Assembly (NCBI GenBank): GCA_002269645.1
Contig: NIVC01000539.1
Coordinates: forward strand, 62,001 to 126,000
Length of the DNA stretch: 64,000 bases
From: Macrostomum lignano
Taxonomy: Eukaryota
Direction: 5' to 3'
Below are positions 38,001 to 49,600 of this stretch, piece by piece. Each line of letters starts with the position of its first letter. Positions within the stretch are counted from its first letter, which is position 1. The notes beneath the pieces are model-generated. The model made no database searches and was not told where the DNA came from. It saw only the letters and a list, made by a program, of their open reading frames with translations. The position numbers and the translations under genes are program-made.

Positions 38001-40583
38001 GACTCAAATTTGACAATTGATAGGTTTATATTCTAAAGTTATCTTCATGATTCATGACAGTTTTGAGGTTTGCTAGCATCATATTGACATATTTCAACTT
38101 GCTTGCAGCCTTACTTTGCAACTTAAAATTAGAATAAATGGCATCTAGACAAACAGGGTGCCAATTTAGCATCTAAGGTTCAACTTCGGAATGCTAAGAT
38201 TAAAGTTGATGTGGCATGACACAAAGAAGCCAACAAAAAGGCATGTTAGTCCTTAGTTAGCTTAGCACTCTAACACCATAGTAATGTTTCACTATATTAT
38301 CATTACTATGGTAAATCAAGCAGATTTGATTGATCTATTGCGATTTCTTCTTCAGCATACCAGCACAGCTGCACAATGTCTAACACTGCTATAAATCGTC
38401 GATCAGAGAAGCAAAAGATTGGCCACAGGCGAGTGGACGACGATGGCCAGGTCACTTATAAGAAGGTATGCTGCTCATTGCATTTCATCACTGTGGGAAT
38501 TGGCTTGTCGGACTCCATGTTAGTAAACTCATCCCTTATTTTAGAGAGTTATAACTACCCACCATACAATGCACCGTTCCCCAGTATCTCACTTTAGTTA
38601 GTGCCCCTGGCGCACTTTAAGCGACATTGTCAAGAGGCATTACTGCCCATTCCGCCGACTCCCCTGAGCAGGCACACACTCACACAGGAGTGTAAAGCGG
38701 CCCTAACTTTATTTATCGTTAGGCATGTACACTTCACTGTGCCCTGGGGGTTGGCCCTCAAGGCCGTTAATTTCACGAGCAGAGACAAGCTGAGATTCCA
38801 GTTTAGTTCCAAATTAATGTGACTGCACTTGGAATCGAGCCTGGGCCGCTGGCCCAGCAGAGCGCCCCACACACTGGGCTACGGCCCCAGTCTTACTTAA
38901 ATCCTAATGGCCGCAGACTTGTCCTACATAATAAATCGAAGTATTTTATCAGTCTATAACTGAATAATTTTCTATCCACAGAGACCAACAAACGAGATAA
39001 TGCTGGCTATTCAGTTGGGCATACAGAATTCTGTTGGCAATGAAACGCAGCGGCCGTATCGCGATCTGTTAACGCAAGATTTTGGCGTCTTGGAGATTGT
39101 CGACTTTCCCAGGTATGAAGTGGAATTCATTTTTGTTTTGGTGGGGCGCCACTGTCTTGTTAGGGCGCCACTGTCTCTTGATGGGGCGCCACTGTCTCTT
39201 GATGGGGCGCCACTGTCTCTTGGTGGGGCGCCACTGTCTCTTGTTGGGGCGCCACTGTCTCTTGGTGGGGCGCCACTGTCTCTTGGTGGGGCGCCACTGT
39301 CTCTTGTTGGGGCGCCACTGTCTCTTGGTGGGGCGCCACTGTCTCTTGTTAGGGGCGCCACTGTCTCTTTGTTAGGGGCGCAACTGTCTCTTGTTAGGGC
39401 GCCACTGTCTCTTGTTAGGGGCGCCACTGTCTCTTGTTGGGGCGCCACTGTCTCTTGTTAGGGGCGCCACTGTCTCTTGTTAGGGCGCCACTGTCTCTTG
39501 TTAGGGGCGCCACTGTCTCTTGTTAGGGGCGCCACTGTCTCTTGTTAGGGGCGCCACTGTCTCTTGGTGGGGCGCCACTGTCTCTTGGTGGGGCGCCACT
39601 GTCTCTTGTTGGGGCGCCACTGTCTCTTGGTGGGGCGCCACTGTCTCTTGTTAGGGGCGCCACTGTCTCTTTGTTAGGGGCGCAACTGTCTCTTGTTAGG
39701 GCGCCACTGTCTCTTGTTAGGGGCGCCACTGTCTCTTGTTAGGGCGCCACTGTCTCTTGTTAGGGGCGCCACTGTCTCTTGTTAGGGCGCCACTGTCTCT
39801 TGTTAGGGGCGCCACTGTCTCTTGTTAGGGGCGCCACTGTCTCTTGGTGGGGCGCCACTGTCTCTTGTTAGGGGCGCCACTGTCTCTTGTTGGGGCGCCA
39901 CTGTCTCTTGTTAGGGCGCCACTGTCTCTTGTTAGGGGCGCCACTGTCTCTTGTTGGGGGCGTCACTGTCTCTTGTTGGGGCGCCACTGTCTCTTGTTAG
40001 GGGCGCCACTGTCTCTTGTTGGGGCGCCACTGTCTCTTGTTAGGGCGCCACTGTCTCTTGTTGGGGCGCCACTGTCTCTTGTTAGGGCGCCCTGCTCATT
40101 GGTAAGCATGGCATACTGACGCCACCTTGCTCACGTAGAGTCCAACCCAATAAGGAAATAAGTACGAGTACTATTAGTCCTATAGCACTAGCGATGACTT
40201 TATAGTGTTCAAGCGCTTTCCAGTTTCCCATATGCTAACTTCTAGCATTTTACTGTTTCTTCATCTCTTTTCACCCTGTCAGTTCAGCTACATTGTCGGA
40301 TATCCGAGAGTTGCAGTCTCCCTGTCTCTCACCCTGCCTTACGTGTATGCATGCGATTCTACTTCCTAGTCGTACCGTACTAACTACAGCCCCGCCCATG
40401 TCTAGTACGTCAATCAACTCTTACTAATCTGCTGTTGTAAGGGCTTTATATGCAGTGTAATAAGTTTCTCCGTCTCTTATCTCTCCATAGTATAATCCTG
40501 TAGCCTTGCCGTCTGCTACTTTCTCTATATAAAGACTTTTGTGCTGAGCCTAGTTTCTTGTACGCTTTGCTCAAAATCATTTG

Positions 40584-40616
<33 letters not shown>

Positions 40617-43600
40617 CTGAGAGATGAAGCCTTGAAGAGATTAGCGGCGCAGAGAAATTCTTACTACATATTTGCTAGTTCTAGATTTTCAGACTTTACT
40701 AGTAGTAGTACTAAAATCGAAAAATCTGCTAGCTTTATAGGCTAAGATTTTGGTTTGCTGTGCCTTTCTGTGGTTTCTTAGAAAGTCGTCTAAATGCGTC
40801 CTGATTCTCTTGCAAAAGGCTCACGGGTTTTTGCCCACGTGGGCCAAACCTCAAGGCACAGAGAGTGCGTATACATGTCTGACAATGAGAAGTGGCTGTG
40901 TCCAAAGTGACTTTACCTAATAATAATAATATAACTGAATACACCTGCCCTAATGGGCAGATGTGCAACCGACAGCTCAGCCGCAGCTATTGCGCGGCAC
41001 ATCTGAAGGCTGCGTACGGCTGTTCAGTCCAAGGACTGGGTGGGGAGAGCCACACACACCCTCAATTACCCCAGCTAATGCTGGCACCCATTTTACAGCT
41101 GGGTGAACTGAAGCAATGCAGAGTTAGATTTCTTGCTCAAGGACACACATTGTTCCGATTGGGTCGAGAATCGAATCCCCGACCTTTCAGTCGTGAGTCC
41201 GACGCTCTAACCACTAAGCTACAGCCACGAGACTTTAACTACAGTTATCTAAATTCACTGCCTGACCAATTCACAGAGACGGCGGCAAGTTCACTGTGGC
41301 GCACTCCATCACCAGTTTCACGTTTAAAACGTACGCGCCTATGGCGTTTCGTCATTTTCGAAAATTGTACAACATCGATATATCCCAGTTTCTGGCCTCC
41401 ATATGCGGCGAGGAGCTCGAGGAGCTGTCCAATCCCGGAGCGTCTGGCTCGATTTTCTATCGAACAGCCGACGATAATTTTATAATTAAAACTGTGCAGC
41501 ACAAGGAGGCCAAGTATCTGCAGCGGCTTCTACTGCAGTATTATCTGACTTTAACTCAGAATCCGCGCACACTGCTGCCCAAGTTTTATGGCCTCTACTG
41601 CTACCAGGTGAGGGTACCGCCTGTCACCGGTGACAGGTAGCCCTTAAGAGGGGGAATGGCGCGGAACAGAGGGGGTGGGTTGCTCGTAAAGGGTAAGGAG
41701 TAGAGGGGAACAGGAGTAGAGGGGAACAGGAGTAGAGGAAACAGGGGAGTAGAGAAGAACAGGGGAGTAGAGAGAACAGGGGGAGTAGAGGGGAATAGGG
41801 GGTAGATAGATAAAAACAGGGGAGTAGAGGGAACAGGGGAGTAGAGGGAACAGGGGTAGAGGGAACAGGGGGTAGAGGAGACAGGGGAGTAGAGAAGAAC
41901 AGGGGAGTAGAGAAGAACAGGGGAGTAGAGGGAACAGGGGAGTAGAGGGGACGGGTAGAGGGAACAGGGGAGTAGAGGGAACAGGGGGTAGAGGGAACAG
42001 GGGTAGAGGGAACAGGGAGTAGAGGGGACAGGGGAGAGAGGGAACAGGGAGTAGAGGGGACAGGGGAGAGAGGGAACAGGGAGTAGAGGGAACAGGGGAG
42101 TAGAGGGAACAGGGGGTGGAGGGAACAGGGAGTAGAGGGGACAGGGGAGTAGAGGGAACAGGGGGTAGAGGGGACAGGGGGTAGAGGGAACAGGGGGTAG
42201 AGGGAACAGGGGGTAGAGGGAACAGGGGGTAGAGGGAACAGGGGTAGAGGGAACAGGGAGTAGAGGGGACAGGGGAGAGAGGGAACAGGGAGTAGAGGGG
42301 ACAGGGGAGAGAGGGAACAGGGGAGTAGAGGGAACAGGGGAGTAGAGGGAACAGGGGAGTAGAGGGAACAGGGGAGTAGAGGGAACAGGGTAATGCAGTA
42401 GACGGAATCGGGCTTATCATTGCATGCTTTCCAACAGTTCTCTGTTTAACCTCCCCCCCCCCTCATCACCGCCCCTCCTACGCGCCGCAGTGCGGCAGCA
42501 AGAACATTAGATTCGTGGTGATGAACAATCTGCTGCCCTCGTCTATTCGGCTCAGTGAGAAATACGATCTCAAAGGTTCCACCTATAAGAGAAGGGCTGG
42601 CAGCTCTGAACGAGAAAAGTCTGTGCCAACATTTAAAGATTTGGATTTCAAGTGAGTAGTATAACTAGGCCTACAAGATACATTATCCATAAGGGCTATC
42701 AAGATGACCGCAGGTCGCCCTGTCATCTATAGGTTATTGCACGAGAACGGGCTATTCCTGGAGGCTGACATGTACAACAGCCTGATGGAGTGCATCAGCC
42801 GGGACTGCCTAGTATTGGAATCGTTTCGCATTATGGATTACTCGCTGTTGCTAGGCATCTATAATCTGGACCAGGCTATTCGGGACCGGGTGAGTGCAAA
42901 TTAGTGAGCAAATTATCCTATAGCCAGGTGAATGCTTGATTAGCTATTTCTTAATCCTCAGAGTTTTATCAGGGTATGCCTACACGCTCTTTAGAACTGC
43001 TCTTTAATCCCTAGATCCACATCTAAGGCTCCTTAATCATTGGATTCACAAATGCTTAATGCTTCCCAATCACTGGATTCACAAATGCCTAATGCTTCCC
43101 AATCACAAGATTCACAAATGCCTAATGCTTCCCAATCACTGGATTCACAAATGCCTAATGCTTCCCAATCACTGGATTCACAAATGCCTAATGCTTCCCA
43201 ATCACTGGATTCACAAATGCCTAATGCTTCCCAATCACTGGATTCACAAATGCCTAATGCTTCCCAATCACTGGATTCACAAATGCCTAATGCTTCCCAA
43301 TCACTGGATTCACAAATGCCTAATGCTTCCCAATCACTGGATTCACAAATGCCTAATGCTTCCCAATCACTGGATTCACAAATGCCTAATGCTTCCCAAT
43401 CACAAGATTCACAAATGCCTAATGCTCCTCAATCACAAAATTCACAAATGCATAATGCTTCCCAATCACTGGATTCACAAATGCCTAGGTTCACACATTA
43501 GAGTAATCCCAAGCAAGTTTGTCAAGCACAGCTCCCTACTTATAAACTTATCCATAATATTTTTATTGAAGTAGAGTTAGTACTAGTCTTAAAAACACCT

Positions 43601-46600
43601 TCACATTGAAGGCAGACGAAGCTGATTACGTGGAAGGCGGCCAGGTAATTTGATTAGCTAATTTATTTAAAAGCAAAGTGTGCTTTAATGCTCATTACAA
43701 ACATTACAGTAAGCGCAATCATTACAAGCGCAATCACTACAAACATTACAGTTGCACAATTCATATCGCTTGAGTTTGTTGACCTGGCACCTTACATCAA
43801 TTGTTTTTTGTGTCTTGTGTTTTTTCTATTGTTAATATCATGCCTAATTTCATTCGTATGATTTCATTATTCATCAGTAACACTGGCACCTGTTTGCGGG
43901 GGTCTTATCCAGATTTTTTACGACGATATATGTTAACTATTTTTAAACCTGCACAGTAGTCTCAATAGATGTAACCGCTTGGTTGCTTGTCATTATGAAA
44001 TTTGCCTGACAACAGTGGAACTACTTTACTAAGACAAACACCAACTGGTATCGAATGAGCCTCTCTAAGCTACTTGGGACTTTGGAGACTGCTGCAGATC
44101 AGTGCGAAAGTCGAACGGAGGCCATACGCACAGGCTCACACTCACATAGGAGTGTACAGCGGCCCGAACTTTATTTATCGTTAGGCATGTACACTTCACT
44201 GCGCCTTGGGGGTTGGTCCTCAAGGCCGTTAATTGCACGAGCAGAGCCAAGCTGAGATTCCAATTTAGTCCTAAATGAATGTGACTGCACTTGGAAATCG
44301 AGCCTGGGCCGCTGGCCCAGCAGATCGCCGCGCTAGACCACTGGGCTAAGGCACCCTTACAGCGGCCCTAGCTTTCCTATTGTTAGGCATGTACACGTAC
44401 GACAAGCCCTCGGTCAGAGTCCGTGCTCAAGCTCCGAGTTAATTGAGCCGCGTGTGGAATAAGACCCAGGATCTTAATGAACCTGTTTAGTCAGTTCTTG
44501 TCGAAGGCTTTCCCCTCCCAGTCCAATCTGCAACTGCAATTGTTTAATGCTTGAAGGTGCTGTCGATACTCTGTCCTATCGTCATTGTGTAACTGTAGAG
44601 AAACTTCTCTTTGGCATCAGGATATTATTAAAAGAAGAGCGAGTTTCAGCACTGCTGCCTGACTACACAAGTGCGCACAAAGATATTTTTGTATAATCGG
44701 CAGCTATGAAACATTGCAAGAACTGCACGCGTTCTTCGTTAAAAGAAAATCTACTGGGCATAAAATTTGAACTACGAACTTCTCCAGCATTGAAAGATAC
44801 GAATCAAAATTGTAACTTCCTGATTTCAAAGAGTTTGGAAATTCTCCAATCCAAAAATATGCAAAAAACAATAAATTTTGGCTCAAAGTTGCCCTTAGCT
44901 TACCGAGTGCAGTTCGACGTGCGTTACGAAATATAATTGATATGTAGAGTGCCGATCAGTTTTCCGAATAGGAGCAAGAGCAGCTTTCAAGTGCTCAAAT
45001 TGCCTTCCCGCTGTCCGAATCTGTCAGATTTCTCTTGTCATAATATGACATGCATTCGCCGGAGCATTGCTCTTGTCCGAGTTTGTGCTACCAGTTCATT
45101 CCATATGAACTATCCAGCATCCATACTGCCACATTGCAGGCTTGGGTACAATTACCGCACATACTGATATGTTGAATGGTTTTTTTGAGATTAAAATGAG
45201 GCAGAAGCTTAAAAACTCTGACCATGCCAGCTATTCTCTACAAAAATTGAAATTGCCACAGCTACTGATTTCAAAACGACATCTCAAAATCGTCAAAAAT
45301 ATTGCGGACTAGATTTGTGACCTTCTTCTCAAAGCTGGTGTAAGCAGCTGAGCGCCAGGCGAGAGCCTCAACTACCGAGCAGGCACGCGAAGTCAAGAAG
45401 CCACACTCGCCTGCCCTACAGGCACAAACACGGTGACTATTAAGGTGGGTCCAAACCAGTACGAGAAATCCCACTTCGATCAGCTTTAACAGATTCGCCC
45501 TGCGCACGACGACTTCAGATGGGAGAGTCGCGATGCTGAGGGAGTTGGAGTACCAAGTTTACCGAAGGCGGAGGCGACAGCTCGCCCAGTTTACAGCAAC
45601 TGCAGCGGAAACACAGGCTGATACACCACCACCACACAACCCAAGCGATGACATTTGGCAAACAAGCTCCGGTGCAACAGCAGACTCCACCAGTGCCGGT
45701 CGTTCGCAAAAGCCTTAGTTTGCAGGACAAACCGCGTGTGAACTACAAGAAGTAGACTTAAATTTGAAGGCGGTGAAGAAGGAGCCGAGAGTCAAGTACC
45801 GGGAGCGATTTTTTGACAGATAGCACACTCACACTCATCTGACATGTATTAAAGGATCGAAGTTTTGTGTCACTGGTGACTAATACGAGCGTACTACGTT
45901 ATATTATTGTAAGACATTTCCCATACACATGCTGGGAGACTCGCTCTTTATAGGTATGGGCTTGAAGCCAGAGATCACTAGCTAAATAATACACAAGCGC
46001 ATTGGAGAGCCAAGAGCTCATATAGAGTTTCGAACTCGCAGTAGTTTGTGTCTCACGACTTCAATTTGGTTCATCAAAGAACCAGAGAACACAACATAAG
46101 CCATACATTCGCCGGAGCATTGCTCTTGTCCGAGTTTGTGCTTCCAGGTCATTCCATATGAACTATCCAGCATCCATACTGCCACATGGCGGGGTTGGAT
46201 ACAATTTCCGCACATACTGATTATATGTTAAATGGTCTTTTTTGAAGTTAAAATGAGGCAGAGGCTTAAAAACTCCATAACTCCATGCCAGCTATTCTCT
46301 ACAAAAAGTGAAATTGCCTAAGGCTACTGATTTCGAAACGACACCTCAAAATCGTCAAAAATATTGTGGACTAGAGTTGTGACTTTCTTCTCAAAGCTGG
46401 TGTTCACTTCGTCATGCCGCAGGCACTCGCCAAGCCATTCTTAAAAGTACAAAAATTCGGCAGCTTTGAAGCAGGAAATATTATTTTTAAAAGAGTCCAC
46501 TATCAAAGAACTCTTCGGTTGCTGTATAGAAATTGAATCCTCCGAAATCTTACAGGAGGCTAGCGGTCTGCTTAGTGGCAGGCACACAGCTGCAGCAGCC

Positions 46601-49600
46601 GCCAGTTCATCGCAGGACCCTGTATCCTTCGAGATGGAAACCGCAGCCGCGGCTGGAGGCTCTACTTCAGCTGGAGTCGAAAACCGAACCTCTGGTCAAG
46701 GTTTGTTGCCTCCCATTTGTCACCATGCAGCACAAAGTTCACCACATGTACATATGTACATATGCATTCCTTACTCTGACAGACTCCATTGGCTACGTCC
46801 ATCACTGCCTCTACTAAGTACATTCCCAGAGCCCACTGTCTAAGTACACTACTCACAGCCACCACTGTCTGAGTACACTACTCACAGCCACCACTGTCTG
46901 AGTACACTACTCACAGCCACCACTGTCTGAGTACACTACTCACAACCAATACTGTCTGAGTACACTACTCACAGCCACCACTGTCTAAGTACACTACTCA
47001 CAACCACCACTGTCTGAGTACACTACTCACAACCACCACTGTCTGAGTACACTACTCACAGCCACCACTGTCTGAGTACACTACTCACAGCCACCACTGT
47101 GTGAGTACACTACTCACAGCCACCACTGTCTGAGTACACTATTCACAGCCACCACTATCTGAGTACACTACTCACAGCCACCACTGTCTTAGTACACTAC
47201 TCACAGCCACCACTGAGTACATTACTCACGGCCACCACTGTGTGAGTACACTACTCACAGCCACCACTGTCTGAGTACACTACTTACAGCCACCACTGTC
47301 TGAGTACACTACTCACAGCCACCAACGTCTGAGTACACTATTCACAGCCACCACTATCTGAGTACACTACTCACAGCCACCACTGTCTGAGTACACTACT
47401 CACAGCCACCACTGAGTACATTACTCACAGCAACCACTGTCTGAGTACACTACTCACAGCCACCACTGTCTGAGTACACTACTCACAGCCACCACTGAGT
47501 ACATTACTCACAGCAACCACTGTCTGAGTACACTACTCATTTGTCAATGCTTTGAATTATTTGTGACTTTTCATAGCTTAAAAAAGCGATAAAAACACTT
47601 CAGTCGGCCTGCAGCGTGGCCTGAGTGTCAAGCGAATCTCCCTATTCAATACGCCAATTGAGTCTATCAACGCCGAACGGGCTCGCGATCCAGTAGACAT
47701 GCAGCTCGACGAAGAGGCCTTATTCACGTGAGCTATCTTCGCGTGCCGATATGTAGCGTAATTAACTTTATATTGACAGGGTAGCTATAATAAAAATATT
47801 GCTAACAAATGCATGGGATGCAGGTCGGGCGGAATTCCGGCTAAAAACAGCCACGGCGACCGGCTGTTCCTATTCACCGGAATTATCGACATTCTGCAGA
47901 GCTATCGCCTGTTTAAAAAGATGGAACACGCCATGAAGTCTATCATTACTGACGGGGTGAGCTTCTGTTTTACCTGGGCTATTCATTGCTTCTGTTCTGT
48001 TCCATAGTTTGGTGATGAATTGTTTGTATCTGATTGAGTTTGTCAGTCTGTGTGTCTTTCTGTCTGCTTGTGTCCATCAGTGTCTTACTGATCAGTGTCT
48101 GTCTATGCCACATACTAGGTGGGTCACTCAGCACATTTGCGTGTACATGTAAGCTACTTTTAGTTAAGTAGTAATTTAAACTGAAGCATTTTAATGTATT
48201 TTTAAAGCCAAGACTCATTTATTGGCTCTTAAGCCCCCACCTTCTAGCTTAAACCCTCCAACCGCGCCTTTCCACACTACCCCCGCCCCAATTTTTGTCT
48301 TTCTCGGAATTCCAGCCTAAAGCTGCCAGGTACATTTCAGTGGACTGGCTAATGTACATTATTGCTGAACCAATTAGCAAGTTGTTTACGCCTGCAAGCG
48401 GCCATCAAGTTAATTTAGTGTATCCGTGGCCTATGCTAGTACTCGTACTTGTCGCAGTAACAGTTGCACCAGTTCGCTCCGTTCCCCGCTGAACCCGCCC
48501 GCAGGACACGGTCAGCGTGCACAACCCGCGCTTCTACTCTGACCGGTTTCAACTGTTCCTCAAAACTGAAGTGTTCAAAAAGCAGCCCGATGCGTGTGAG
48601 TCTCTGTCTATTGCATTGCAGCTATAAATTAGTTTGCTTTGCTTTGCTATAAAATTATGAATGATTCCAGGTAATTTCTTTGGTTTCATTGCATGCAAAA
48701 TTTATATTTGCAATTCCTAAAATATAGTGGAAAGGAAAGGACTCTATGAATTTTATTCATTTTCTTCTAGGAGTTTTAACTGGGCTTGACCGAAGGTAAT
48801 TTTTGTTAGTCAAGTTATCCTTGTTGAAATCGTTTAATTAACACATTCTATTCCGTATCGTTTTGTGAGTGAATACAACTGTTAAAATGTGCGATAAGGT
48901 AAAGATATTCGGAACTGGTGATCAAGAACCACTGATTTATGTATTGTACTTGTTTAACCCTCGGTTTCTTATCTGTGTATCCCATTTTTATAATCAGCTC
49001 AGTGGGTTTCCTATGGGTTTCTGTTTTTGATTTTTTATTGCACGTTTACAACTTAAAATTTCAATTCCTGTTTCTTTTTGGCAATTCTTGCAATTTTCAA
49101 TGAGATTGATATCATTGCCATCTTTTTTTGCAATGTGAATTAGGCAATGTTAAATCTGTATGGGGCGATGTACTCTTCTTGGGGGAACAGATAAAACTCT
49201 TTGTGGACAACGTACATCCTAGACTGGGAAAGGCAGATAAAATGGTTTTAATTGGCTTGTGGGCAATGTACACTCTAGACTCTGGAATGCAGATATTGGC
49301 TTGTAGGCAATGTACACTCGAGACTGGTGGCAGATAAAATAGTTTTAATTGGCTTGTGGGCAATGTACACTCTAGACTGGGGAATGCAGATATTGGCTTG
49401 TAGGCAATGTACACTCGAGACTGGTGGCAGATAAAATAGTTTTAATTGGCTTGTGGGCAATGTACACTCTAGACTCTGGAATGCAGATATTGGCTTGTGG
49501 GCAATGTACACTCTAGACTCTGGAATGCAGATATTGGCTTGTGGGCAATGTACACTCTAGACTCTGGAATGCAGATATTGGCTTGTAGGCAATTTACACT

